DNA from: Carcharhinus amblyrhynchos
Lineage: Eukaryota
NCBI GenBank assembly: GCA_965287045.1
Contig: OZ336872.1
Coordinates: 119,102,001-119,166,000, forward strand
DNA: 64,000 nucleotides
Reading direction: 5' to 3'
Shown one piece after another: positions 13,108 to 27,830 of this stretch; the stretch's first letter is position 1, and each line of letters begins with the position of its first letter. The position numbers and the translations under genes are program-made. A model generated the notes under the pieces. The model was given only the letters and a program-made list of their open reading frames with translations. It ran no database searches and was not told where the DNA came from.

Positions 13108-14404
13108 TGATTTCGCGCCACTCCAAAGTGGTTACCACGGGAAAACAGGTAAGTTTACAAACTTCTACCGGTGTGACACTGGTGAAACAGGAGCAGGTCT
13201 GAGGAATTTCACCCCTACATCACCTCCGGTGTAAACAGCCTAAATGATAAAATGACCGGGAACAGTGACGTTGAAACATGTGGGCCCTGAAATTAAGCAG
13301 TGGGATAATAATTCATTATTGTTTAAACATATTTATCCAACATTGATCTTTCAACCAGGAGGCATCGACCCATTTATTGTAAATGGATTCAGACCACTTT
13401 TAACATTTCGTATGCGCACATAATGTGTTTGGATGCTAATAGTTTCAGGGCAGCGATTTCACCAGTTGGCCGTTAATTGCCAAGAAAAACAGGTTCTCTT
13501 TTGTTTTTTGTTAAGAGGAATTTGACATCCGACCCCATGTTTACAACCAGCACAGTACACAGTCATTCAATCAGCGATGCCATTAATTGCAACAAATTGC
13601 ATATGAAATTCATAACCAAGGTTAAACTAAACGAAAATGCACAAGAATCCAAAACGTCTTGCACCAGCTTGGAATTTCTAAGCAGATGTTTTGGAAGGGA
13701 GCTGTTCTCATCTGCTCCAAAACATACATTATGCCCAAAACCTTTGATAATGGTAACAATAGCCCCTTTAGGATTTCTTCAGCATTGACTGCAGAGCTGT
13801 CTGAGTCCAATTTACTTTTCCTTCGTAGTTGGACTTTTATCATTGGTATTGTTTCACTGACAAGCGTTTCCCCAGTTTACCATGATTAAGAGATGTCTGG
13901 CTGAAAAGGATGAAAAAAAAAATTACAACCATGAAACACCAGCTGATGGTCTTACTTGTCCAACACCTATTTTCACTGGATCAAGATGACATTTTATACT
14001 GGCGAGGGTCCAGTTAGTATAACACGTCAGCGTAACACTCCGGTTACAGTGTCTTTTGTGCCAAAACAAACTGTTATCTTCCTGTTTTGTGTAGCACATC
14101 TACTTTCACTTAGAAATAGAAGGAAGGCTATACAAACTTCAGCTTGAAAGAAGTTGTTCCACTCTGTTATTGATATGTAATGGGCATGTACAATGTTGAA
14201 TGAATAATGATTGATGTACGCCAACATTTTTCAGGTAAATGGCAAGACGACCTTGGCAGCCATGTTGAATTACGCAGCCAGGTTTCAGAGATACAGAGGT
14301 CTCAAGTTAGGAATTTATAAATAATGGGGAGAGCTTAAATGTATTCTGCCAGGAAAGTACTGAGCAGTGAGGCCTTTAAAATACTGTGTTCAATCTTACT
14401 GCCA

Positions 14405-16075
14405 TATATAGACAATCTGTGTGCAAACCCAGAAGACGTGGGTATATCTTCAATGAATACTGTGTGTCGGTCTTCACAATGGAAAAGGATGACGCAGTTG
14501 TTGGTGTCAGCGTGGAGGGCTGTAAAATGTTAGAGGAGATTAGCATAGAGGAGGAAGAGGGATTAGCAGGTTTAACAGCCTTCAAAGTGGACAAATCCGT
14601 GGGCCTGGATGAAATTTATGCCAAAAGGTGATATATCAGGAGGCATTGGCTGTAATTTTTAAATCCTCTGACCACAGGTGAGGTGCCAGAAGACTGCTAA
14701 TGTTGTCCCATTATTAAAAAAAGGATGGCAGGGATAGACCAGGAAATTATACACCAGTCAATCTAACCTTGGTGGTGGGGAAGTCACTAGAAAAGAATTC
14801 TGAACAACAGAGTGTACCTTCACTTAGATAGAAATGGATTAATCAGTGATACCATGGATTTGTGTTTGACAAATTTAATAACATTTTTTTGAGACGGTTT
14901 TTGAGACAGAATTATTGATTCAGATAATGCATTTGATGTGGTCTATATAAACATTAGTAAAGCTTTTGATAAGGTCCCTCATGGCAGACTGGTCAAGAAA
15001 GTAAGGGCCCATGGGATCCAAGGCAAAGTGTCACATTAGATCCAAAACTGGCTGACAGACAGGAAGCAGAGGATGATAGAAAGATATTCCTGTGACTGGA
15101 AATCCGTTTCCATTGGGGTTTCGCAGGATTGTGCTGAGACCCTTGTTTTTTGTGGTGCATATTAATGACTTGGACTTGAATGTAGGGGCTATGATCAAGA
15201 AGTTTGCAGATGTCATAAAAATTGGTAGGATTGTTAATAGCAAAAAAGATAGCAGTAGATTGCAGGAAGATATCAATGGATTGGTCAGGTGGGCAGATCA
15301 GTGGCAAATGGAATTCAACCCAGAAAAGAGAGAGATAATGCACTCGAGGGCTAACAATGCAAAGGATTGCACTATGAATGGTAGGACCCTGGAAAGTACT
15401 GAAGATCAGTCCTTGGAGTGCATATCCATAGATCCCTGAAAGTGGCAGGGCAGGTGGATAGGATGAATAAGGCGGCACAGAGGAGCCTTGCCTTTATTAG
15501 CCAAGGCACAGGGTGGGATTCTACAGCCTCACTCATCCTGAAACTATAAAATCCAACCTGAGGTCAATGGACCTTTCCACTGTCTGCCCCTCACCGATTC
15601 CAGTCGGGCCACAGAGTCAGGGAAATCATGCTGGAAAATGCTGGTTAGGCCACAACTGGAATACTGCATGCAGTTCTGGTCACCATATTGTAGGAATGAT
15701 GTGATTGCACTGGAGAGGGTGCAGAGGAGATTTACAAAGATGCTGCCTGGGCTGGAGGGTCTGAACTATGAGGAGAGGTTGGATAGGATAGGGCTGTTTT
15801 TTTTTGGAGCTGTGAAGATTAAAAGGGGATCCGATAGAAGTGTACAATATTATGAGTTGCAGAGTTAGGGTGGGTCAGAAGGGCTTTTTTGCATTAGTAA
15901 AAGGGGTCAATAACCAGGGGGCATAGATTTGAGATAAGGAGTAGAAGACTAAGAGGGGAGTTGAGGAGAATTCTTTTCACCCAGAGGGTGGTGGGAGTCT
16001 GGAACTCACCGAGTGCTGGAGACAGGCACCCTCATTAGATTTCAGAAGTATTTAAATATTCACTTGTGCTGCCAC
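14405..16075 (+). mobile_element. Decayed CR1-type LINE, reverse transcriptase region with frameshifts, interrupted by a MITE-like insert near 15511-15610
   Basis: Fragments translate as SKAFDKVPHGRL, INDLDLNV...KKFADVIKIG, LVRPQLEYCMQFWSPY...LERVQRRFTKMLPGL. Confidence 0.9.
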
Positions 16076-16528
16076 AACCTGACGCTTTTGCACTTTTTGG
16101 TAAGATTTTGCCATGAACTCTCTCTCTCCACAAATGCTGCCAGACCTGCTGACCAGAGATTTATGGCCTCGCTTGGCCAGAGACCAGAAAATCCCACCCG
16201 AGCTCAACGGACCTTCCCACCGTCTGCCCCTTTGCAAATTAAAGTAGCTTACTGATCTTTGTGTCTGCCTCCTGTCCCGTTACTGCTTCCTAAATAACAA
16301 ATGACGGGGAGACGATGCGTTTCCAGTCTGGTACCAGTGTCACACGACCCACACACCAGGGACAAATTGTAGTCTTATTTTCTCATTCCTTTGCAGGATG
16401 TGATCAGCCTCAGATTGGGATCTCGCTGCACATGTGGAATCCACCCTTTAATCTATGAAGCTATTTTCTTTTTTTTTAAAAAAGAAATAACTCAATGGAA
16501 ATACTCAGTACTACAGTCCAAAAGTTCA

Positions 16529-16747
<219 letters not shown>

Positions 16748-17738
16748 TTAAAAGAAAAAAAGGATGGCGGATGAGTAATATTTCTTAAGATCAAACTCAT
16801 GTTCACGGTTTTGAAAACCTTTGTAACTTAATGCTGGAAAAAACAACTTACATGTTATGCCGGCAATAGAGATCTTGTTCAATATAATGCCTTGAATCAA
16901 ACTGGTTTGCCAGAGCTTAACATGTTTAAATTATATTGAGGTAGAGTTCTATTCAAAGGGCTCAAAATAATATAGGATCTAAAGTAAGAAAAGTAAACAA
17001 ATGCATGTGCTTCTTTAAAGAGATAGGGGTAAGTATTGGTTAAATTATCTCAATATGGTCGTGAACATCTGTTGTCCCGTTCAAAGCATTTCTTCTCAAC
17101 TATGGCATCTTAGAGTTCCAGAATACTCACTGGAAGCACTTTAGAAATCAGAAGAGATGTAGTATGCTGGTTAGTCTGGAGGAAGAAACTTTTATTGCTT
17201 GGTTCATGTACTGTGATTTGGTTGTAGCACTGGGCACTCCATATACATCAGTATAGTGCAATAATCTTGGTCTGGATGCTCCTGGCCAGTCATGCCTTCC
17301 CTTAAATTTTATCAAATGTACATGTCGTGCCAATCCAAGGCAAACTGTGGTCAGCTTGTCTGTTTTTAAGCAACACTCTTGCACTCCCTGGGTGGGGTGA
17401 TTAATGGACAGTAGAACATTTTCTACCGAGTAGAGGAGAGGGGTGAGGAAATAAACTGTTTCCTCCCTCCCCAACTAATGAACTTTGTTGCCACTGAATA
17501 TGAAGGAGCCTTTCATTTTCACCTGAAGATCATGAGGAGGTGGGAGATAGTAAAGGTCACTGCGTATAAAGAGAAAGGTCGTGTTTCTATACTGTGTGCT
17601 CCATGTAATTAGATGATTAGTGGCTCCACTGTGGACACACAGACGGAGCTGCAACACTGAATCATACAGCTGTGTGATGTTCCCTGACAGATAAGTCTTC
17701 AGAATAGAAGTTACACAATCGGGGCACTTAGCCCAGAT

Positions 17739-18104
17739 TGGGGTTGCCAACTGCAATTATATCTATTCCTGGAGGTTTCATCACATGATGTACTCCTAAG
17801 CTCCAGACATTAGTCAGCCAACACATCGATCCTGATGATTTACTGCCTTCCAAAGCCAATTGGAAGGCAAAAGGTCTCACTATCCAATTGGAAATTGCTC
17901 AACTCTCAGTCAAATAGCCTTTGTTTCTCCATGTTCAATATTTCTTAGATCTTGTGAAGCAAAATGATCAAGGAAAATGGCAAAGCAACAATCTTTTTTA
18001 ATGTCTTGATAATTTTTCTCCACAATTGCCCACAGCAGTGTTCCGCGAGATTGATCTTCAAATCCTGGAGACTCCAGGTCAATCTAGGCGGGTTAGCAAC
18101 CCTA
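17739..18104. mobile_element. Non-autonomous hAT-like DNA transposon
   Basis: Imperfect TIRs tggggttgccaac / gttagcaacccta; 8-bp TSD gcccagat (17731-17738) / gcccagac (18105-18112). Confidence 0.75.
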
Positions 18105-19949
18105 GCCCAGACATACTGGTTTCTTCTTTTCTGCCTGTTGGCGAGTGTGCGGGGCCTCTGTGATTCTACGCCTTTGGTAACATGACACATTTAGAAATTG
18201 CTCAGTTTGCTCTATCCTGTGTGATGCAGCTTCTAAAGAATGGCAAAGAAGGCCAAGATTTTTCATGCAAAATTGTGTCCAGTGATTACATCTTTTCTTC
18301 TTCCACGATTAACTCACTCAATTGCCAGTCCCAAAGGAAGCTCTTGTTATCTTCCAAAAAAAGATTGCAATAAACAGAGTAAGTGTTTAATTCTGTGCCA
18401 GCGTATGCAGTTTAGTCTATCAAGCTGGTACTTGAGGCATCGGTTTTCATGCCCTGCAGTCATTTAAAGTCCCTTGGGCCTTTACTGTATTTCTCCATAA
18501 GCTGTTACACAGACATAGAATAATTATTCTGACTGCTGTTTCTGGCAGATTGCCAGCAGACTTCATCACCCTTATTTTTCAACTTACTTCCTCCTGATGA
18601 CTTCAAAAAAATATATCTGTCACATAATGAAGCATGGCGATTTTTCATTGTGAAAATTATTTAATGCAGTGCTAATTGCTTCAGTCTCGCAAAGCATTAG
18701 AGACGTGTAACCTGCGTCATGATTGCAGTTATATATAAACCATGAATGGTGCAATCTAGTTCCACACAGCCCCGCATACTCGGGAACAGCACAGCCTTGG
18801 GGGCAGGCCATGCGGAATGTTCCAAATCACTTTTCCCTGCCTTATCAGTGGAAATCTCTTTGCTGATTGCACAGCCTACAATTTGGATTGCACAGCATTT
18901 TAGAGGCTTTCTGTTGTTACAAGGATCCCTTGTAGTCATTAACCATGGGTTGCCCTTGGCTGGAACTTTCCATAAGCAATCTTTACTGCTGCACTACCTG
19001 CGTGTGTAAGAATGTTGCCGAGTCCCCATTTTTACTCAGTTTGGGAGTTTGGTGTGAGGGGCTGGGCAAGTTAAAAGCAGACAAGTGATTATGTACATTT
19101 GCTGTTGACGGAGTTAATTAAACATAGCTTATTGTCAAGTAATGAAACAGATTTTCCTGAGTGTTGCCAATTGGCTGAACATTATAGAACCCTTCTGATT
19201 TTCATTTCAACTGAGTGGAAGCGAGAAGCAGGCTATTTCTATTTTGGGCTACCAATCTACCATGCCAGTTTAGTGCCAGGGGCTAGGTGGTGGGGTTTGT
19301 GGGGGGGGCGGGGGTTGCGGAAAATGGGTTGGGAGGGGAAGAAAGTAGTGCATAAGTTGACAATCTACCGCAATTTGTTTGTTACATTTGCACATGTGTT
19401 ACCGGTTAGGTCTCTCTGTGAACTGTAAGGCGTTACAGTCTGCAGATGATTAACATACAACACACGCTCCATGTGATCTCCTGAACAGGCTTCACTTGCC
19501 TGAAGTGGTTGGAGAGGAATTTTCCAGGAAATGTTCCTCTGCAATTCTGACTTTTCCAAGAGATAACCTAACTGGGTGGGTTTAGGTGAGAACGGGGGGA
19601 GGGGACTGCATCACTGGTGCAGTGCTTGGGTCAGCTGTGAAGTGTCTAGTCATTGGTAAGTTTTGGGTCATGATGGCTTAGCCATCAGACGTGTAGGACA
19701 AGCTAGATCAGCAAGATGGTGCATTTCTGTCTGTCATTATCATATGTTTGATCAAGACCCTACAAGACAAAATAATCTGAATAACTCTAAAGATATTAGG
19801 AGATATTGCTATCCAAAAAACATGCTAGCAATGGATTACAATCTAGGGGTATCTAGGCAGATAAATTGGCACAGGGTTTAGTTCTGTCCTGCATAAAGAT
19901 GACAGGATTTTCCAAAGTGCTATACAGCCAATAAGGGCATCTTATAAAA

Positions 19950-20330
19950 TAAACTTATAAAATTCAACAGGATTAGACAGGCTAGATTCAAAAAGAATGT
20001 TCCCAATGGTGGGAAAATCCAGAGCCAGGGGTCATAGTTTGAGGATAAGGATTAAACTTTTTAGAACTGAGGTGAGGAGAAATTTCTTTCCCCACAGGCT
20101 GATGGATGTGTGGAATTCAGTAGCACAGAAAGTAGCTGAGGCCAAAATGTTGTGTGATTTCAACAAGAAATTAGATATAGCTCTTGGAGCTAATGGCATT
20201 AAGGATATAGAGGGTGGTGGGAGAGAGGGAAAGGAAGGGTGGATCAAGATATTGAATTCAATGATCAGCCATGATCAAAATAAATGGCAGAGCAGGTGGG
20301 AAGGGCCTACTCCTGCTTCGAGCTTCTATA
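19950..20330 (+). mobile_element. CR1-type LINE 3' fragment
   Basis: MFPMVGKSRARGHSLRIR...RRNFFPHRLMDVWNS is a typical CR1 ORF2 C-terminus. Confidence 0.85.
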
Positions 20331-20605
20331 AGGTACTTTTGAAGTGTAATCACTGTTGGAATGTAGGAAACAAGGCCGCCAATTCGCTCACAACAAATTC
20401 TCATCATCAGTAATGCGACAGACATCAGATAATTGGTCTTTGGGATGTTGTTGCTTGAGGGATAAACACTGGGCAGGAAGCTTCCCTGCTCTTCTTCAAA
20501 ACATGCTGTGGGATTTTTTTTGCCTCCACTTAAGATGGGGCCTCAATTTAAGGCCTCATCTGAAAGATGTCACCTCTGACAGTGCCACACTCCCTCAGTA
20601 CGGCA
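20330..20605 (-). mobile_element. Old Deu-domain SINE-like remnant (SacSINE1/AmnSINE-like)
   Basis: Minus strand gtactgagggagtgtggcactgtcagaggtgacatctttcagatgag; related remnants at about 5040-5310, 34180-34510 and 46700-46880. Confidence 0.65.
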
Positions 20606-21295
20606 CAGAATTTATTGCATGTGTGAAAAAAAACCTAACTGGTGAGTAAGTGGTGAGTGATCTATTAATGCGGGGGACTGGATGTTTTCTGATAGCATGC
20701 AGGCTAGGTACTTCTTTGGGATCGCTGGTTGTGATCCTTCTGTTCCAGCTCACTACAGGAAGTTTCAGAAGGAGAGGTACCCATTAAACCAAGTGCAAAA
20801 ATGTATAAGGTTAAATAACATGATTATTGGATCATACGTGGGAAAATGTTCCAGAAAAACAAGGTCAAGCACACTGAGCCAAGAGGAACTAAATGAATCT
20901 CTAAGTTTGCACGTGAGGATGTTTTCCAGTTACAAGTGAATGTTTAAAGCAACTTCCGTCTCTTGTAATGAGAGTTTGATAAATTTTCAAAAAAATTATA
21001 ATTAGTACCTTTTGACACACATATTCCCATTTGTGCTTTAAAGTGTTTAATTACATTGGACTCTGATTCAGAGGCTCTGTCAATGGCATATTAATAGACT
21101 AAACATGACACACAATACACTATTTAATGTGACAACTTAGATTAGTGCCCTCAAAGCTAAGATAAAAGCATTCACCCCATTTGTGTGTGCGCGCGCACAC
21201 TGTGAAATACAGTGTATTAATAAGATCTTCTTGCATGTGCAAAAATGTCAGAGCTGTGACTATTTTCTGAAAAAAACTGACTGGCAAATGTCTCA

Positions 21296-21475
<180 letters not shown>

Positions 21476-21902
21476 TCAGACAGATTGTTACAAGGAACAG
21501 ACATGGAATTTAGCTTGCATTACTTTGTTTGGTGCACAGGGAGTAGGGAAAGATTTTTTGCAAAATGCCGTTTATTTATAAATAATGATTCGAGTGGTTA
21601 ATTTCATCTTGAAAGGAAACCTCTTTTTCTAATTACAGCAATCTGAATGTCGTTAGGCAGGAAACAGAACAGAGCTTTTCCTGGCAACTAAGTACTTTGG
21701 CTGTCACCTCCTGAAATCGGGAGCAAAAGGGGTTTTCAGAAATTGTTCAAAGGAACACACGATATTAAATCCCCAATTGTTTTCTGTTCTGCGCTAATGC
21801 TCCCTTATTACAGGCTGCTTTCTTTGAACTCACTCACTTTCCTGGTCCCCATCCTGCCTTGTACACCATCTCCAGGTAAGAATGCTATTTTGTCCACGGT
21901 CC

Positions 21903-22213
21903 GTAGAATCATAGAATCTTTACAGTGCAGAAGGTGACCATTCGGCCTATCGGACCTGCATCAACTAACAATCCTACCCTGGCCCTATCCCCACATATTT
22001 ACCCTGCTAGCCCCTGTGACACAAAGGGGCAATTTATCATGGCCAATCAACCTATCCTGTACATTTTTGGACTGTGGGAGGAAACCGGAGCACCCGGAGG
22101 AAACCCACGCAGACACAGGAGAACATACAAACTCCACACAGACGGTGACCCAAGCCGAGAATTGAATCTGGGTCCCTGGCGCTGTGAGGCAGCAGTACGA
22201 ACCACTGTGCACC
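21903..22213 (-). mobile_element. HE1/V-SINE-like SINE
   Basis: Reverse complement of the same head, core and ATTCTATG-repeat tail. Confidence 0.88.
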
Positions 22214-23442
22214 CCCACCAGTGTCATTCCAAAACTGAGCACCCAGAGGTAAGGGCAGCCTAGTGGGATCCTCTGATTCTCCCTCCTTCCCTGGGGTGAG
22301 GCATTGGTTTCTGCTCAGCACTCTATCACAAGACAAAATGGAGATTAGTAATTGGCTGCAGAAGAGGATGGCACATTATAAATCGCTGTGAAGGAGCAGG
22401 TTAATGACCCAATGCCTTGTGCTCTCCTCATAAACCACATATGAATAATATTTGTGTTCTGAAATTATATAATCATATATAGACACAACAAAAACAATTG
22501 TGTCTGATTTTCATCCAAGTACACAATGCGCAGATGATAAAATTAGTCATGATCAAATGAGTCAAACCAGACTGTCTCTCAATTTGTTTACTGGTCACAG
22601 TACCAGACAGGCTGGAGTACAGTCCCAGCCAGTTTGAAGGATGAGTACAGAATTAGCCAGAGTATGGGGTTTTCAGTAAATCCAGTATTCAGTAAACTGC
22701 TGACTTCAAAAGTAGAGTAGTGGAGAACTTATCACATTGCAATTATCTCCTGAGGTCACAGTACTATTTGGGCCAGAACATGTAGATAAGACCTGATTAA
22801 AGGAGTTCATAAAAATATGGGAAATTACTCATTTAACTTGAGGTCAGCTACCAGTTGGGCCCTGCAGAAAACGTACCAGTTTTACCTGTCCACTTCCAAT
22901 CCTGATTGCTTGATCGTCACCATGTAGTTGGGTGGACATATCTAATCTCTTGTGCAGATTAATCTTTTGCAGCTCAACGTTGAAAAGGCCAGAGTAATTC
23001 TTTGGTTCCACCATGAGCTCCATACTCTAACCCCTGATGCAATCATGCCGCATGGACGTCCATCCCGACAATGCACAAACTCACTATCCGGGTGGATTCT
23101 GAACTGAACTTCAAAACTCTACATCATCCCATTACCATAGCTGCTTAGATTCCTCCCCAAAACATCAACAGTTGCTGGTCTTATTTCACCTCCACTGCCT
23201 CGGAAACACACATTTGCATCTTTATCACTTCTTGATTCAACCATTCTTACTGGTTTCCCAAAAAAAACACATTTAACGTACCTCTAATCCCTTCAGATCA
23301 CCACTGTCTAAATCCCATTCACCTATTCTGATGGCCTCCATTAGTCACTTAACCCCTGACACATTGAGGATTTTATAATCAATCGTGTTTTCATGACATT
23401 GCCCCTTCCTAACCTTGCAATCTTCCTCGACCCTGCATTGGA

Positions 23443-23783
23443 AGAGATGGTGGTGTAATGGTAATGTCACTGGACTAGTCATCCAGAGACCCAGGCTAAT
23501 GCTATGGGGACACAGGTTCAAATGTAAATCCAATTCATAAAAATCTGAAGTTAAAAGTTAGTTTCAGTAATGGTGACCATGAAACTATCGTCAGTTTGCT
23601 TTAGGGAAGGCAATTTGTTGTCCTCACCTGGTCTGGCCTACATGTGACACCAGATCCACAGTAACGGGCGACTCCTAATTGCCCTCTGAAATGGCCTAGC
23701 AAGCTATTCAGTTCAAGGCCAATTAGGGATGGGCAATCCTGGGCTTGACTGTGACACCCACATCCCGTGAAAGAATCAAAAAA
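23443..23783 (+). mobile_element. Second SINE family copy
   Basis: Similar to 12143-12500. Confidence 0.75.
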
Positions 23784-24672
23784 CCTTTGACCAATATTGG
23801 TCTGCAGCATCTTCTCCTACCACAGAATTGTCACAATTTTCATTTCTATTGAAATAGATGTAAATAGTTATTAACATAATCTGCTCGACCAGTTCACTGT
23901 CCAAGGTAAAAATATCCTGAGAGAATCATGTCTGCTCGAGTGTTTATATGCATCATAAATTAACACAATTTAATCATCTCATTTTAACCCAAAGATCAGT
24001 GGTTTTACTAAGTTCTGCGATTGACATAACAGTCTATTTCAGCAAACAAAACGACAAAAGGACTGGATATGATCAGCCTATTTGCTAATATAGTGATGGA
24101 ATGTTTTGCAGTTCTGGAGACCTTTATTATAAAGGTAGGCAGGGACTTGAATTGAAACATCTGGCTGCAGTTTCAACAGATCCTATCTTCTTTGGTTGGG
24201 GAAAGAGGGTGGAGTGTGACTCACACTTGCAAGAAACCCAAACTTAGCAGGGCCATTTGGAATCAGTACTCAGTCAACTGCAATGTGGGAGTCACTAATT
24301 TATTTTTTTTAAGAGAATAGATGGCAATGTTTCTAAAAGGGCATATGATATTCACGTCAATGAGGAAATTAGATTCCACTACTAGCAGTGCTAGATGGAT
24401 GGGAATTGAGCTCCAATCCACCCTATCAAGTGGTCCTGTTGGGAAATCCTTTGCTACTTTTACAAAAATGCATTGACAGTTGATTAGTTGAGCATATAAA
24501 ACTGATAGTTGATATCTTCCAAAAGGAAAGTTATACATTCCCCATTTTCAATCTTGTTACAAGATGGCAAAAACACAGCAGCCATTTGCTTTATTTCATT
24601 ACATTATTTGCAGAAGAAAATGCAAGTGTTGCTGCCGCCATATTTGCCTTTTTTTGCAGGAACCATAATTAC

Positions 24673-24839
24673 CTGCAGGTATACCGCTCCTTCCCCTTTC
24701 GCAGTAGGCTTTCAGGAATGACAGACGGGGGAGCCCTAAAATCAAACATTGAAGGGACAGACCGTAGGAGGTCATTGGCCTCTGGCTTCAGTGAACTGAA
24801 ACCTTCCAGCTTCTCTGCCATGTTCTCAATCGCTGACAT
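24673..24839 (-). CDS. MECOM: MECOM exon, 167 nt, leading into ZF8
   Basis: atgtcag|ATG TCA GCG...ACC TGC AG|gtaatt; [55 protein letters not shown](R). Confidence 0.96.
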
Positions 24840-27803
24840 CTGACATGTAGGGAGAGAAGTGGAGGAGAGAGACAGAAAAGAAATTACATTTTATCAAGAG
24901 TCACACCTAAATACAAAATACAGGTATTAATTTCCCAACCGCACAGCTAAATAAGTCATGGCTTGTGAAATTATTGACACTTATTGAAATATTTAACCAG
25001 ATAAAAAAGGTATTTTTTTGCCTCGGAGAAGACTATAAATAAATTTATAAATATTATACAATTAGGCCTCACAGCTTGTCGAGAAGTTATCTTGTGCATT
25101 GGGGATTTAACAGGGACATTTCTTTTCGATTTGCTTCCTTATGCAATGGAGCAGCTGATGTATTTATACTTGCCCAATTAACTGTTTACATTTACAGTAA
25201 GTACCTTCATTCCATAACCTGTGGACTGCTCCAACCGCCCACTCCTCTCCCTTTCACGCTATAACTCTCCATGCTAGTTACAAATTGCATTGTACAAGGC
25301 ACCTCTGCCAATTTGCGAAACGTCTTTCATCAAACATTTGAAAATCTCCAAGGAAAGTCTAGATGCATTTACTTGTCACACAGCAAATGTGAAAGCACTG
25401 GAAGGCACTAAGGTCTGCCTGCTCTCCGGCTTGATTCATAATCATTCATAGCTGCTAAAACATTCCCTGCACAATGCAACTGGACAGCACATTTGTCAAT
25501 ATGAAGGATGCTGACATCACAGATCAAAGGGCAGACATAGGTAATAATGATGCTGCTATGTGTTACAAGGAAATTCTTCCCCCCCATCAATGTTTTGTCA
25601 ATCCATAGATTTTAAATATATTATATATTTATATCTATATGATGCACTACAAAATGCAATGCCAAAATGCATATATTATGCATTGTTATCGTGTCAGTAT
25701 TTATTACAAATACATTTTTGTACAAAATATTGTTTTAAACAAGAATATATTAAAACAGCTGAAGAGGCCTGGATAACAATTAAAACATTAGAAAGAGAGA
25801 AACCTTTAACCTGTGTCACCTAGTTATGACAAAAGGGTAAAAAGGTCTTACACTGACTAGTTAAGGGAAAGGATAATGAATACATAGGAAGTTGTTTTAT
25901 TAATAATTCATACTCTGAAGCAGTTTCTGGAAAATGGTTTGGAAATAAATCATTCTGAGAACAGGAGCAGTTTTTTTTTCTCTAAATAAAATGTGTAGTT
26001 ACTATGCCGACCCATTTTTACCAGTGTAATATCCATCTGCTGGTTGCGGGGGGGGGGGTGGGGGAGACTTAACGTTAATACGATTGCTAGGGTTCAGGAG
26101 AAGGTTGATAGGAGGTGGATAGCTAGGCTGTGTGAATTACATCACAAGAGAAGCTGGGATACATTCAATAATCATTGTTGAAAATCTCAATTATGCCTCT
26201 CTGAATTTAACCCAAGAAGTTGCAGTTGTTATTATTTTTAAGATGCCTTAAATTTGTTGCAATATTTCTTCAGTTGCAAGTTCCATAAATTTAAAATTAA
26301 TTATGTTTTATCTATCAGCAATGGGCAGTCATAATAATAGGGAAAATAACTGCAACAATTGTACTAAGGACCAAATGAAATGAAAAAAAGGCATTTACAT
26401 TTCTAACGGATAAAGCACTTTTGGGAAAGGGTTCACCTTGCATTCTCATTTCTGTGTATTATATCCACTGGAAGTAATTTCAGTGCTTTCAATAGTAAGT
26501 ACGGTGTATATATTTTAAACCTTATTTCTAGTAACATTAACAGTTAATTTTATTAATGGGAAATGAAGTGAGGGAACTTTACAGTGTTTAACCTGTATAT
26601 ATCCTGGGAGGACAAAATGTTCTGATTATCTGCGAGGCAGAATTCTTTTACAGTGTTACATACAATAACCAAGCAGTAACGTTGTCATGCGAGGGACAAT
26701 ACACATGAATGGAAACATTAATTGAGAGAAAGACAGTTCTCTTTTTGGGATATTGGGAATAAAGAGAACGTCAAATTCTTAGATTCAAATGAGACAATAG
26801 GCTGACCTTTCTGTAGTACTGGAGAGTTTAGTCATTTATCTAATTGCGGCAAAGCCCTGGGATAATCTCACTTAGGCAGCATAAAGTCATAACCCAAAGT
26901 GTTCTTCCTGCAATGCCCCTCTACATGATCAACACAGGTGAGGAATAAAATTAGGACCCTTCGTAATTATGCCAGAAAGTAACTGGTTCCATTAACTAAT
27001 GTGATGTGATCAGGTTTGGATTGGCTTATCAAATTCCAAAGAAAGATTGAAGCATATTATTTTTATAAAGCTCTAATGTGGTAGAGGCACATATCAGATC
27101 AAACAGCTTAAAAAGCCCCAACATATTTATTCAACGGTCCCCAGGGAGTGAAATCACAGCAGTTACTGCCCTATATAGATGTAAGACATACTTAATATCA
27201 GTGAATGACAGTATTACTTAGCAGCTGAATAATTTGTGATTTACTTTCTCACAATCACTGATCTTATCAACAGCCAGATGTCTGAGTAAGGAAATAATGC
27301 CATCCCCCTTCTAATCCCACTGAGGCTGTTAACCTTGTACTGATGCAATCCAGCATTTAACACTATTCCCAGCACAAATCAAGTATGCAGACGTCGCCAT
27401 TATGGGACAAAAGCAAATATTTTTAACCTCTTTTTTTGTCAAAGTGAAGATATGATCAACAATGGCCTAAGCAATTATTACAAACTCTTCTATTCACTGG
27501 CCCTAATCTATCGGTGACAGAGAAAAAAATACAAGTGGCTTTTGAGAGGCCCTGCTATCGTTTGAGTTACCAGATGGAGTGATTTACAACTCGGCCTACT
27601 GTGTGAATTACTTCAATAGTGCTTGTGATTATGGTAATGCAATCTGATCCTGAAGTAAAATGGCAAACATTTACATTTTTATTTGTGGAGGGTAGGGAGG
27701 GAGGCGGGGGATTTTAAATCATCGTGAGTTATGCGCCATTTAATAAACCTTTCATTTTGATCCTTATGAATTATGGTTTGGAATTATAAGCAGAGGAACT
27801 TAC

Positions 27804-27830
27804 CCAAATTCTCTGATCAGGCAAGCGGAA
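27804..27830 (-). CDS. MECOM: MECOM 27-nt microexon (Rp9, probably alternatively spliced)
   Basis: ctactccctag|TTC CGC TTG CCT GAT CAG AGA ATT TGG|gtaagt; FRLPDQRIW versus recalled human FQLPDQRTW; phase 0/0. Confidence 0.92.

Noticed and set aside
24833-24846. ATGTCAG-ATGTCAG tandem at an acceptor as an alternative splice site
   Set aside because: The second AG would shift the frame and nothing suggests it is used.
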